Source: Nitrosopumilaceae archaeon (GTDB taxonomy: Archaea > Thermoproteota > Nitrososphaeria > Nitrososphaerales > Nitrosopumilaceae). From it: a stretch of DNA of 64,000 nucleotides. Shown piece by piece: positions 33,828-43,382 of this stretch. The stretch is from contig CBDCCK010000002.1 in NCBI GenBank assembly GCA_965214835.1, positions 2,432,001 through 2,496,000 on the forward strand, given 5' to 3'. The translations under genes and the position numbers were made by a program. Positions within the stretch are counted from its first letter, which is position 1. Every line of letters begins with the position of its first letter. The notes beneath the pieces were generated by a model. It had not been told where the DNA came from. It worked only from the letters and a program-made list of their open reading frames with translations, and ran no database searches.

Positions 33828-34157
33828 TCACTTGCTCTTTTGGACAAGTATTTTTTTTATCCGAGATATCGTAGGGTAGCTATAGCCCCGCCGGCGGTAG
33901 TTTGCAATCATCATCTTCCAGTTTTTCAGCCTCCACCGGGCCTGCTCGGCGGTAACGGAGTGAACCTCCCTTTGGATTATGCTTTTTCTGCCCACCCTCA
34001 GGGTTCCGGCATCCTTTGCAGACCAGCGGTTCCTGGCAAACTTGAGCCCTACGAGGATCTCAGAGACGGGCATCTCGCGGAAGTACTCGCGCATCTTGCG
34101 CATCTGGGCATCCGTTGGCTTTTCTGAGACGTTCAGCTCGATGGATGTTTTTTCCAT
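33828..34157 (-). CDS. Basic hypothetical protein
   Basis: 109-aa ORF with host-like composition, convergent with the previous gene. Confidence 0.7.
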   Translation of the reverse strand: MEKTSIELNVSEKPTDAQMRKMREYFREMPVSEILVGLKFARNRWSAKDAGTLRVGRKSIIQREVHSVTAEQARWRLKNWKMMIANYRRRGYSYPTISRIKKILVQKSK

Positions 34158-34224
34158 GACATGTATCCGCGCGCATTGCTTATCAAAATCATGCTAAGCT
34201 TGATTTAACAATATGTGAAATATT

Positions 34225-34347
34225 TTAGCAGTCAAAAAAGGGCACGCTGGAGTTCTTGCACAGCGTGTTGTAGATGCCGAATCCGAAGATGATGGCTCCA
34301 AAGACTGCCATGGGCACGATGATCAGGAGGTTGGACTTTAGCCCCAT
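34225..34347 (-). CDS. Small membrane protein (40 aa)
   Basis: MGLKSNLLIIVPMAVFGAIIFGFGIYNTLCKNSSVPFFDC; TTTTATA box upstream. Confidence 0.55.
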   Translation of the reverse strand: MGLKSNLLIIVPMAVFGAIIFGFGIYNTLCKNSSVPFFDC

Positions 34348-34385
34348 GCAGAAAACCTGCAGTCAGGGTATAAAATTGCACCCGA

Positions 34386-34805
34386 CTATGCGATCTCAAC
34401 GGTCAGGGTTGCAGTCGTCTTTGGATCCTGGAGCGCCCGTACCATGCTTCTGGGAAGGGAGTCAGATGCCTTGTCGGATTTTATGGCCATGGTTCTAGGG
34501 CACGTAAAGCCGCTTTTTCGAATCACGATGTCCCCGGGATGGCTCAGCTCAAGTCCCGGATGGCCCCTCCCCTCAAAGGAGAACGCCTGTCTGCCTACGA
34601 CAATGCTAAAGCGAACCCTGGTCTGCGGATCCCTCAGCCTTTCTTTGAGATCCTCCGGCAGGCCTCCACATGCGGCTGATGCGTTGACCCCGACGATGCA
34701 GTCGCCGCTGGGGGTAAGATCAGGATCCCGCGTGATCTCGATTGTCTTTTGATGGAGTGATCTTATGTTCTCATGGCCGGTAAATGAGATTTCAAACCGC
34801 ACCAC
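34386..34805 (-). CDS. DUF371 family protein
   Basis: GHENIRSLHQKTIEITRD..LTPSGDCIVGV, IVIRKS.F.CPRT, DKASDSLPR. Confidence 0.88.
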   Translation of the reverse strand: MVRFEISFTGHENIRSLHQKTIEITRDPDLTPSGDCIVGVNASAACGGLPEDLKERLRDPQTRVRFSIVVGRQAFSFEGRGHPGLELSHPGDIVIRKSGFTCPRTMAIKSDKASDSLPRSMVRALQDPKTTATLTVEIA

Positions 34806-34941
34806 TCAACGGCTTTGTGCGCATATTTTAAAATAGTTCTCACGTCAGGCATGATTTCAAACCGTACCCGTCATGTAGCCAAATGAGGCGTGCATTGAGC
34901 CAAAACCAGGCGGGGATGCAAGCGGACCGGCGAGCGTCCGG

Positions 34942-35051
34942 ACTTGAGACGTGTCTTGAACGGCCACAGACATGACATGGTTTGCACCGAGTGCCTAAAA
35001 TGCGCAAGATGCAAACTTGAGACGTGTCTTGAACGGCCACAGACATGACAT
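34942..35051. repeat. 37-bp exact direct repeat flanking a 36-bp unrelated insert
   Basis: acttgagacgtgtcttgaacggccacagacatgacat at 34942-34978 and 35015-35051. Confidence 0.95.
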
Positions 35052-35149
35052 CTCGCATGATGGTCACACAGTCCCGTGTGCTCAAACGGCATGCTGCAGG
35101 ATGCGCGTTTTATCTGAATCCAAAGGCGGTGCCCCACAGACACGCAGGA

Positions 35150-35650
35150 TCCCACTGCAGTCACGTAGAGACGTGTCGCGCGATGAGATGCAAGCTATCC
35201 GTACAGATTGGGATAAGACATGCCGCAAATCATATGTTGTGTGGATACGTCAGATAAGGGGCGGAGGCGGATCTTCACTGATCCGTCTGCAGTCCCTAGG
35301 CGTTTTCGGGCCCCATGCCGGGCCGCATGGGGACTGCACCGATGTCCAGCAGGCACGGATCAAAAAGTGGCACCTGAACACATCTGCAAGATCCTCAGGC
35401 GTGATGTCCGGCGGCGACGGCGACCTCTGGGTGGATCCGTGCCGGGGATAGACCATGTCAGGAGGATGCAGGTGCGGCGACAAGTTCTGATGCAGGTGCG
35501 GCACCGTGTACTGGAAACGGCAAGTACGAGTCTGCCTCCCCTCAGCGGTTAGGCAGGCCGGTATGCGACCGTGAGATTCATGGCTGGCCAGTGATGAAAG
35601 ATGGCCTCACACGAACCGGTGTTTTACCGCGCCATGCCATAACCCTGTAC
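35150..35650 (+). pseudogene. Highly degraded transposase-like remnant (IS5-like)
   Basis: Fragments such as ARIKKWHLN..LWVDP resemble IS5 N-terminal segments; weak. Confidence 0.35.
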
Positions 35651-35907
35651 TCAAAAAAGATCCCCTAAACAGTGCGTCATCTACGCCAGGCAGCCGATTA
35701 TGATTTTGATGGTTGTCCACTCACACAAAATCCAGCCTGCCTTCGGCCACATATGACACGTCCTCCGATCGGCTCCCCGTCCCTGCGCCCACGCGGCGGT
35801 GCCGGGATCACGGATCGGCGGTTCCTGATCGGCTTAGCGACACATGACAAAATTGGCAAAATTTTTACACCGATTCCTTCTATACTAGGTTCCCTCCCTA
35901 CCTACGT

Positions 35908-36246
35908 ATGTCGTGTGAGAACTGCGGTGCCGTGATCCAGATTGGCGACGAGGCCGTGTACGCCTGCCCGAGCTGCGGATACGAGTTTGAGGGTGCCGTC
36001 AGCTCCCCCGCGGGCATGGACTATGTCGTGACAAGCTATGCAAAGTCAGGACGCAAGAGAAAGCATGTGTGCAGAGGAACCTGCCGGAAGTATGAGACGC
36101 ATACCATGGCTAGTGGGGTGGCGTATTGCAACACGTGTGACAAATACATGCGGCTTGATGATACCTCACGATGCCCGTGCTGCGGCAACATACGGCTTCG
36201 GCACGGAAACCGCAGGTGCAAGGGGATCAAGGTTGCACGGTACTGA
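35908..36246 (+). CDS. Cys-rich zinc-finger protein
   Basis: CENC, CPSC, CRGTC, CNTC, CPCC motifs. Confidence 0.7.
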   Translation: MSCENCGAVIQIGDEAVYACPSCGYEFEGAVSSPAGMDYVVTSYAKSGRKRKHVCRGTCRKYETHTMASGVAYCNTCDKYMRLDDTSRCPCCGNIRLRHGNRRCKGIKVARY

Positions 36247-36475
36247 CGCCCGGGGATGAGGCCGGGGTAGCCTCGTACAGCGGCAGTGCCCGGCCTGCGG
36301 CTGAGTTGGGGATCTACGGGTAGGCCCGCTGCGCATATGCGCACGACTCGGCCGGAGACGGCATGCCATGGCCGACTTGATGCACGAGGCCACGTCCCCG
36401 TACTTACCATGCATGAAAATCACGGCTACGCGTGAATTCATATCTGATCGGTTCAGAAGAGGCCGACCCCGTACG

Positions 36476-36581
36476 GTAGCGTCTCGGGCTTGGTGATTTG
36501 CGATTTTAGGCACGAATTACGCCTGCGGGGGTCTCTTTGGTGGCAAAACCATGCTTGAACCACCAGAGCCCGGGCTGTTGC
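36476..36581. mobile_element. MITE family A copy 4 (inverted, degenerate)
   Basis: Reverse complement aligns with 33156-33266 (ttttgccaccaaa...gtgcctaaaatc). Confidence 0.7.
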
Positions 36582-36845
36582 CATGCCCGGAGGAATATCA
36601 AGGACATGACAGGAGTCAATGAATCGTGAGAAATTTTAAGAACACGGTCTGAGGGTATTGGTTATTTCCCTTTCTATCCTGTCACGATATACAGTACGAC
36701 TTGGAATCTTTTGAATCTTTTGTTCATCATGGTTTGCATAACCGTGCCTGAGCGCGTAAAAACGGCTGATCTTTCGTGCCTAAAATCGGGGTTGTGCAAC
36801 AGGCTAGCTCGTCAGAAACCAGTAATCAAGTACTAGATCACCTGC

Positions 36846-37040
36846 CCCTGTCAGCCGGGCACGAATTGGCATGCACAACCATGGCCTTCGTGCCTGCCAG
36901 CAAGGGGGCGTGGCCCCGCAGGGTAAACTCTTACCCTGCCGCAGTATGAGCTTGCCTCTTGGGTGGCACTGCAGGTCACAACCTTGATCACCGTGCCCCC
37001 CACGCAGTATTTTCTGGAGGAGGCAAGCACCTGCCCGGCC
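36846..37040 (-). ncRNA. Candidate structured ncRNA (possibly H/ACA-type guide)
   Basis: Several strong helices, terminal ACA, TATA-like box about 20 nt upstream shared with psmA. Confidence 0.5.
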
Positions 37041-37086
37041 GCACAAGGCATGGCTTATATTAAACTCGCCAGGCACCAGAAATGAA

Positions 37087-37824
37087 TTGCTTCCCGCACA
37101 GCAAGGCTATGACAGGGCCATTACGGTGTTCTCCCCGGACGGCAGGCTGTACCAGGTAGAGTACGCCATTGAGACCGTGCGAAGGGGAACCATCGCAGTA
37201 GGAATCAAAACCAAGGAGGGCGTAGTCATTGCCGTCGAGGAAAAGGCAAGAAAGCTGCAGATTTCAGATAATGCCCAGAAAATATTCCAGATTGACGAAC
37301 ACGTAGGCGTGGCCGCGGCAGGATACATCCCCGATGCCAGAAGCCAGGTGGACAATGCGAGGTTCTTTTCACAGAGCAACAGGCTGATTTACGACGAGTC
37401 GGTGGATGTCGAGACGATTGCAAAGCACCTGGCCGACCAGAGCCAGCAGTTTACACAGTACGCCGGAGTCAGGCCGTACGGCGTGGCATTAATCCTTGCA
37501 GGCGTTGACAGGGGCCAGGGCCAGCTGTACCTTACGGATCCGAGCGGCACGTTCATCTCATATGACGCAGTCGCAATAGGGGCAAACTCGGATACGGTAA
37601 CGGGCTTTCTGGAAAAGTCATACGGGGAAGACATGTCACTGGATGATGCGTCCGCACTGGCTGCAGCATCAATCCACCTTGCAAGCGAGGACAAGGAAAA
37701 AACCGAGAACATCAGGATGGCGCAGGTCAAGACGACAACAGGACAGTTTGAGCTGGTCTCAGACGACCAGACAGGCGCATACGCAGATGCCGCAAAAACA
37801 AAGTTCCCGGCAAACCAGAACTAA
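37087..37824 (+). CDS. psmA: Proteasome alpha subunit
   Basis: GYDRAITVFSPDGRLYQVEYA signature. Confidence 0.96.
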   Translation: MLPAQQGYDRAITVFSPDGRLYQVEYAIETVRRGTIAVGIKTKEGVVIAVEEKARKLQISDNAQKIFQIDEHVGVAAAGYIPDARSQVDNARFFSQSNRLIYDESVDVETIAKHLADQSQQFTQYAGVRPYGVALILAGVDRGQGQLYLTDPSGTFISYDAVAIGANSDTVTGFLEKSYGEDMSLDDASALAAASIHLASEDKEKTENIRMAQVKTTTGQFELVSDDQTGAYADAAKTKFPANQN

Positions 37825-37851
37825 ACCGCGCCCGGGCCAGCTTGAGTCAAA

Positions 37852-38655
37852 TTGAAACTGTCCATAGCCGTTCCGGATTCCTGCCTCAACGACGACGCTA
37901 CGAACCTAGACAAGTCGCGAAAGATTGCAGGCATTGCAAGGGCGTGTGCAATCTTCAGGGTGGGGACGATCTACATCTACGAGCACGGTGCAAGCAGGGA
38001 GGACAGGGCCCTGCTCCTGACGGTTCTGCGGTACATGGACACGCCGCAGTTTCTCAGAAGGCGGCTCTTTCCCAAGATGAACGAGCTAAAGTACGCAGGC
38101 GTCCTGCACCCACTCAAGATTGCAAGCCACACCGTGCCCGCAGACGGCGGGAGGATAGCGGACGGCACGGTCAGGGACGGAATCATAGTAAAGGCAAAGG
38201 GCAGGCTGTTTGCAGACTTTGGAATCAGTACCCTGCTTCCATACAGGGGCGGGGCTGGGGTCGGCAAGAGGGTAACGGCAAGGTTCAGCACGGGCGCCCC
38301 CGAGTTCAGGTACAAGGAGATCCTCAAGGACGAGTCGCCTGAATACTGGGGGTACATAGTAAAGGAGAGGGGCCCACTCTCGAGGTTCCTAGCATCCTGG
38401 GAGGACGCAATAGTCCTGACCTCCAAAAGGGGCAAGGCAGTCTCCGTCGAGCAGATCAGGAACTATCAGAGCATGACTGCGCCGCTGCTGGTCGTATACG
38501 GCTCGACTGACAGGGGGATACACGAGATCCTGGGAAGGAGTCCGGGCAGCATTCCAAACTCCAGGGTTCTGGACTTTTTCCCGGGACAGGCCACCGAGAC
38601 GGTCAGGCTGGAGGAGGCCATACTGGGAACGCTGTCGATGCTGAACCTGCCATGA
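37852..38655 (+). CDS. SPOUT RNA methyltransferase (DUF171)
   Basis: IARACAIFRV, YMDTPQFLRR, EYWGY, FPGQATETVRLEEA. Confidence 0.88.
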   Translation: MKLSIAVPDSCLNDDATNLDKSRKIAGIARACAIFRVGTIYIYEHGASREDRALLLTVLRYMDTPQFLRRRLFPKMNELKYAGVLHPLKIASHTVPADGGRIADGTVRDGIIVKAKGRLFADFGISTLLPYRGGAGVGKRVTARFSTGAPEFRYKEILKDESPEYWGYIVKERGPLSRFLASWEDAIVLTSKRGKAVSVEQIRNYQSMTAPLLVVYGSTDRGIHEILGRSPGSIPNSRVLDFFPGQATETVRLEEAILGTLSMLNLP

Positions 38656-38684
38656 ATAAAATAGGATTCCGGCGGACAGTCAGC

Positions 38685-38792
38685 ATGGAAAAGAAGGGCT
38701 TTCTGATCCTGGCAATAGGAGTCGGGGCGCTTGGCGTGATTGTCGGCGGATACAGCATCTACAGCTATGCCTCCGGCTTGCTGCAGCCGTGA
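38685..38792 (+). CDS. Small membrane protein (35 aa)
   Basis: MEKKGFLILAIGVGALGVIVGGYSIYSYASGLLQP. Confidence 0.55.
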   Translation: MEKKGFLILAIGVGALGVIVGGYSIYSYASGLLQP

Positions 38793-38877
38793 GGATCATT
38801 TTTTCGCAAAAACTCCAGGAAACCGTCCAAAAATTTAGTAGGTATATAATGGGGTTTACGACTTTTCTCGTTTATCC

Positions 38878-39876
38878 ATGGGACACAGAAAGCACAGCCA
38901 GCCGCGCAGGGGGAGTCTTGCATACCTGCCCAGGGGGCGTGCCAAGAGCATGGAGGCAAGAATCAGGATGCACGGCTGGGCGCAGGTCGACTCTGAGGAG
39001 CCGCAGCTGCTTGCACACTGCGGATTCAAGGCAGGATGCGTCCAGGTCGTCACGATCGACGACAGGGAGCACGTGCCAAACCACGGAAAGCAGCTGGTCA
39101 GCCTGGGCACGGTTCTTGCCACGCCGCCGGTCCTGATCCTTGGGATCAGGGGGTACTCAAAGGACGGCGCCGGAACCCATGCGGAGTTTGACGTTTATGC
39201 AGAGGACATCCCGAGGGATATTGCAAAGGAGATCAAGGTTAAAAACGCCGAGGGCGCCATGGGCAGGGCAGAGGGCCAGCTGGGCAGGATCAGGGAGGTC
39301 TTTGCAATAGTGGCAGTCTCGCCGAGGGCAGCAGGCCTGGAGCAGAAAAGGCCGTACGTCTTTGAGGCGCCGGTCAGGGGCGGCGACGTACAGAAGCGGT
39401 TTGCGTTTGTAAGGGACCTGCTGGGCAAGGAGGTAAGGTTTGATCAGGTCTTTGAGGAGGGCTCTAGCGTCGACGTTGCGGCCATCACAAAGGGCAAGGG
39501 ATGGCAGGGCGTCATCCAGAGATACGGCGCAAAAAGAAAGCAGCACAAGTCAAGAAAGACCGTAAGGGAGCTTGGCTCGCTTGGCCCCATCTCGCCGCAG
39601 TACATCATGTATACGGTTCCAAGGGCAGGGCAGATGGGATTCCACCAGAGGATAGAGTACAGCAAGAGGATCATGATGGTATCAAACGCAGGCGATGAAA
39701 AGAGGCAGATCAACCCCGAGGGCGGCTACAAGCACTTTGGACTGGTCAGGGGCGACTATGTCATACTAAAGGGCTCGGTTCCCGGAACATATCGCAGGCT
39801 GATCAAGATGAGAAGGCAGATCAGGGGAGAGCCCGGCAAGACAACCAAGCCAAACATCCTGGAGATAGTCGTATGA
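38878..39876 (+). CDS. rpl3: 50S ribosomal protein uL3
   Basis: PRRGSLAYLPR, TKGKGWQGVIQR, VPRAGQMGFHQR. Confidence 0.96.
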   Translation: MGHRKHSQPRRGSLAYLPRGRAKSMEARIRMHGWAQVDSEEPQLLAHCGFKAGCVQVVTIDDREHVPNHGKQLVSLGTVLATPPVLILGIRGYSKDGAGTHAEFDVYAEDIPRDIAKEIKVKNAEGAMGRAEGQLGRIREVFAIVAVSPRAAGLEQKRPYVFEAPVRGGDVQKRFAFVRDLLGKEVRFDQVFEEGSSVDVAAITKGKGWQGVIQRYGAKRKQHKSRKTVRELGSLGPISPQYIMYTVPRAGQMGFHQRIEYSKRIMMVSNAGDEKRQINPEGGYKHFGLVRGDYVILKGSVPGTYRRLIKMRRQIRGEPGKTTKPNILEIVV

Positions 39877-40688
39877 CGAGGGTGCAGTCATACTCCGTGT
39901 CCGGCTCAAGGGACGGCGAGGTGGAGCTGCCGGCCGTGTTTGAGACTCCGGTGAGAAGGGACGTCATTCAAAAGGCATACATCAACCTGGAATCGCACAG
40001 GTTCCAGCCAAAGGGGACGCATCCGACGGCGGGCATGGACGTCGTCGCAAGATCAAACGACCCTCCGACGGGGCAGGGCACGTCGCGTATCGCAAAGATG
40101 CGCGGGGGCGGCGGCGGGCGCCAGGGACAGGCAGGCGGCGTGGCGTCGGTGAGGGGCGGAAGGCAGGCACACCCGCCCAAGGTGCAAAAGGTAATCCACA
40201 AAAAAATCAACAAAAAGGAGAACAGGCTTGCGCTGTGCTCTGCAATCGCAGCTACCGCATCAAGGGATCTGGTAGAGGCAAGGGGCCACAGGGTCGGCCC
40301 CCGCGAGTCATTTCCGATCATAGTATCAGACGACATCGAGGCGATCACAAAGACGCGGGATCTGGTCAGAGTCATCGACTCGCTGAGCCTTTCAGGCGAC
40401 GTAGACAGGCTCAGGAACAGAAAGGCAAGGACCGGCAAGTCCTCGCTCAGGGGAAGGCCAAAAAAGGTGGGAAAGAGCATCCTGTTTGTCACGTCGTCAT
40501 CAGAGAGGCTCTCAAGGGCCGCAGGCGCCATTCCGGGCGTCGATGTAAGGTCAGTCAGGGAGCTCAGCGTACTGGACCTGGCGCCGGGCTCGACGCTCAT
40601 CAGGCTGACGGTTTATTCCAGGGCCGCAATCGGGGAGATCGCAGGTATAAGATCCCCGCACCTGGAGCTGATGGTGAGGGTGCGATGA
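39873..40688 (+). CDS. rpl4: 50S ribosomal protein uL4
   Basis: GGRQAHPPK, KKINKKE, LDLAPG. Confidence 0.95.
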   Translation: MTRVQSYSVSGSRDGEVELPAVFETPVRRDVIQKAYINLESHRFQPKGTHPTAGMDVVARSNDPPTGQGTSRIAKMRGGGGGRQGQAGGVASVRGGRQAHPPKVQKVIHKKINKKENRLALCSAIAATASRDLVEARGHRVGPRESFPIIVSDDIEAITKTRDLVRVIDSLSLSGDVDRLRNRKARTGKSSLRGRPKKVGKSILFVTSSSERLSRAAGAIPGVDVRSVRELSVLDLAPGSTLIRLTVYSRAAIGEIAGIRSPHLELMVRVR

Positions 40689-40951
40689 ACGCGGATCAGG
40701 CAATGAAGGTCATCCTCAAGCCGTATATCACCGAGAGGACGTTTGCGCAGGTGGAGACCGAAAGCAAGATCTGCTTTATCGTAGACAGATCCGCAAGCAA
40801 GCCACAGATCATCGAGGCAATCGAGGCGCTGTACAACGCCAGGGCAGTCGGGGTCAACACGGCAAGGACAATCTACGGGAAAAAGGCCTTTGTGCAGTTT
40901 GCCGACACCGAAAAGGCCAGGGATCTGGCAACGAAAATAGGAATGCTCTAA
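40685..40951 (+). CDS. rpl23: 50S ribosomal protein uL23
   Basis: KPYITER, FIVDRSASK, GKKAFV; true start inside the 40235 ORF. Confidence 0.93.
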   Translation: MNADQAMKVILKPYITERTFAQVETESKICFIVDRSASKPQIIEAIEALYNARAVGVNTARTIYGKKAFVQFADTEKARDLATKIGML

Positions 40952-40992
40952 TATGGCCCACGGATTTGCGCTTGTATCACGGGAGACAGGAT

Positions 40993-41388
40993 ATGGTTAA
41001 AGAGTTTTCATACAGGGGAATCGCCCACGGCGAGCTGGAGAACATGTCGCTGGAGAGGCTGTTCCAGCTGTTCAACTCCCGCCAGAGGAGATCCCTTACC
41101 AGGGGGATTACAGACAACAAGAGAAAGCTGATCGAGGAGATCAAGGCCGCAAAGGCAGGCAGGATCACTGCCCCGATCAAGACGCATGTCAGGGACCTGA
41201 TCGTCCTGCCGTACATGGTCGGCGTAACAGTCAACGTATTTTCCGGAAAGGACTTTGCCCCCGTCGCAATCATGGAGGAGATGATCGGGCACTATCTGGG
41301 CGAGTATGTCATTACCAACAAGCGCGTCCAGCACGGCGCCCCGGGCGTGGGTGCGTCAAGGTCCAGCCTGTACGTACCGTTAAAGTGA
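40993..41388 (+). CDS. rps19: 30S ribosomal protein uS19
   Basis: IKTHVRD, MIGHYLGE, SRSSLYVPLK. Confidence 0.95.
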   Translation: MVKEFSYRGIAHGELENMSLERLFQLFNSRQRRSLTRGITDNKRKLIEEIKAAKAGRITAPIKTHVRDLIVLPYMVGVTVNVFSGKDFAPVAIMEEMIGHYLGEYVITNKRVQHGAPGVGASRSSLYVPLK

Positions 41389-41393
41389 TTGTC

Positions 41394-41852
41394 ATGGGAA
41401 GGTTCGACTATGCGTTTCAGGGCTATGACAGGACAAGGCACGCCAGGGCCTCCATCAGGGAGGCGGACATGTCGCACAAGCATGCAAGGGAGATCGGGCA
41501 CAGGATCCAGGGCATGAGGCTCGAAAAGGCAAGGGACTTTTTGCAGAGGGTATCAAACCTGGAGAGCGCAGTGCCCATGCAGAGGTACAAAAAGCAGGTG
41601 GGGCACAAGTCAGACCCCGGCATGATGGCCGGACGCTATCCGCAAAAATCGGCAAAACAGTTTCTAAAGCTCATAGACAACCTAGAGTCAAATGCAGAAT
41701 ACAAGGGAATGGACATGGACAGGCTGCAGATTGTCAACGTGACAAGCCACAAGGGGGTGTCCGTAAAGCGGTTCATTCCGAGGGCCATGGGAAGGGCTAC
41801 GCCGAAAAACAACGTGCTGACACACGTGGAGCTGGTGGCTCGGGAGGCATAG
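41394..41852 (+). CDS. rpl22: 50S ribosomal protein uL22
   Basis: GRYPQK, NAEYKG, PRAMGRA. Confidence 0.95.
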   Translation: MGRFDYAFQGYDRTRHARASIREADMSHKHAREIGHRIQGMRLEKARDFLQRVSNLESAVPMQRYKKQVGHKSDPGMMAGRYPQKSAKQFLKLIDNLESNAEYKGMDMDRLQIVNVTSHKGVSVKRFIPRAMGRATPKNNVLTHVELVAREA

Positions 41853-41855
41853 GAC

Positions 41856-42599
41856 ATGTCGGTCAAAAACGTAATCAAGGACAACTATAACATGATGCTT
41901 CTCAAGGACTACCTACGGGAGAAGATCAAGGATGCGGGATTCTCCCACGTCGAGATGGCAAAGACGCCCACGGGTACCAGGGTCTCGCTGCATGTCACAA
42001 GGCCCGGAATAGTAATCGGCAGAAAGGGCTCCGGAATCAAGGAGCTGACGGAGGTTCTTGGCACGAGGTTCGGGCTGAAAAACCCGCAGATCTCAGTCGA
42101 GGAGATAGACAGGCCGGAGCTGTCGCCAAGCGTCATGTGCAACAGGATTGCCACGCACATCTCGCGCGGGATCGCATTCAGGCGCGCGACCATGTGGACG
42201 CTAAAGCAGATCATGGAGAGCGGCGCGATGGGCGTGCAGATTACGGTCTCAGGCAAGCTCAGGGGGGACAGATCGGCATTTGAAAAGCACACCCAGGGCG
42301 TGCTGCCAAGGGCCGGACACCATGCGGAGGTCATAGTATCGGAGGACGTCGCGCACGTAGAGACCCCGATGGGGCTGATCGGCGTCAGAATAAGGATTGC
42401 AAGAAAGGAGAAGGTGGTTCCGGAGTTTGAGATGAGGATCCCAAGGCCAAGGCAGGTCAAGGACGCAGAGACCGGAAAGATGCGGGACGAGACAGAAAAG
42501 GAGCGCAAGGCAAGGACAGAGTCCGAGCAGATTGCAATTGAGGAGGAGAAGATGAAGAACCTTGAGACGCTCGAAGAGGAGGAGGCGAGGCTAAAGTGA
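41856..42599 (+). CDS. rps3: 30S ribosomal protein uS3
   Basis: [12 protein letters not shown] motif, SGKLRGDR. Confidence 0.95.
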   Translation: MSVKNVIKDNYNMMLLKDYLREKIKDAGFSHVEMAKTPTGTRVSLHVTRPGIVIGRKGSGIKELTEVLGTRFGLKNPQISVEEIDRPELSPSVMCNRIATHISRGIAFRRATMWTLKQIMESGAMGVQITVSGKLRGDRSAFEKHTQGVLPRAGHHAEVIVSEDVAHVETPMGLIGVRIRIARKEKVVPEFEMRIPRPRQVKDAETGKMRDETEKERKARTESEQIAIEEEKMKNLETLEEEEARLK

Positions 42600-42799
42600 G
42601 CAGGATCAGCATGAAGACAATCAGGCAGCTAAACGAGTCGGATCTCAGGCACAGGATCCAGGAGGCCCGCGTGGAGCTGGGCAAGCTGCGGACCGACGGC
42701 GCAAAGGGCACGCTGCGCAAGGAAAGCGGGAAGATCAAAGCAGTCAAAAGGGACATTGCAAGGATGATGACGAGGATAAGCGAGTTGAGGAACGCATGA
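42596..42799 (+). CDS. rpl29: 50S ribosomal protein uL29
   Basis: KRDIARMMT; operon position. Confidence 0.92.
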   Translation: MSRISMKTIRQLNESDLRHRIQEARVELGKLRTDGAKGTLRKESGKIKAVKRDIARMMTRISELRNA

Positions 42800-43062
42800 T
42801 AACTACAGACAACATCTCAAGGCACGAGCTTGTCGGGCTGCCGGCCGTCATATCGGCATCTGCCAACGCGCAGCTGGTGGGCATGTCAGGGGTGGTAATC
42901 GACGAGACGAGATCCACCCTCGTACTGGAGACGCAGTCGGGAGTCAAGAGGATTCCAAAGGATGCAAGCACGTGGACCTTTAGGGTGGCCGGCCGGGACA
43001 TACGGGTCGAGGGCGGCAGGATTTTAAGGCGTCCTGCAGAGAGACTGGTGATCAAGACATGA
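42796..43062 (+). CDS. rnp1: RNase P protein component 1 (Rpp29)
   Basis: RHELVGL, GVVIDETR, RPAERL; operon position. Confidence 0.9.
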   Translation: MITTDNISRHELVGLPAVISASANAQLVGMSGVVIDETRSTLVLETQSGVKRIPKDASTWTFRVAGRDIRVEGGRILRRPAERLVIKT

Positions 43063-43382
43063 GCAGGAACATAGGACTGGATGTAAGCCCCCCGGGCGAG
43101 GAGTGTGCCGACGCGCACTGCCCGTTCCACGGAAGGCTGTCCGTCCGGGGAAAGCTCTTTGAGGGTATAGCCACGGGCACAAAGGCCAGGCAGACCATAA
43201 CCCTGCAAAAGGACGCGCCGACATACATGAGCAAGTTCAAGAGGTATGCAAGAAGCAAGAGCACCATCCACGCGCACGTGCCCGGATGCATCTCGGTTAG
43301 GGACGGGGACGTCGTCAAGACCGCAGAATGCAGGCCGATATCAAAGTCGGTATCATATGTGGTGGTGGAGGTCAGGCGGTAA
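43059..43382 (+). CDS. rps17: 30S ribosomal protein uS17
   Basis: CPFHG.LSVRG, ECRPISK. Confidence 0.95.
   Translation: MSRNIGLDVSPPGEECADAHCPFHGRLSVRGKLFEGIATGTKARQTITLQKDAPTYMSKFKRYARSKSTIHAHVPGCISVRDGDVVKTAECRPISKSVSYVVVEVRR

Noticed and set aside
35466-35502. gatgcaggtgcggc repeated at about 24-bp spacing
   Set aside because: Too short and wrong period; likely slippage in decayed DNA.
36846-37040. SRP RNA or RNase P RNA identity for the structured region
   Set aside because: No SRP helix-8 motif or RNase P GAGGAAAGUCC-type motif seen, and it is too short.
40951-40993. No rpl2 between rpl23 and rps19, and operon ends after rpl6
   Set aside because: Split ribosomal clusters are common in this archaeal group; the genes are probably elsewhere.
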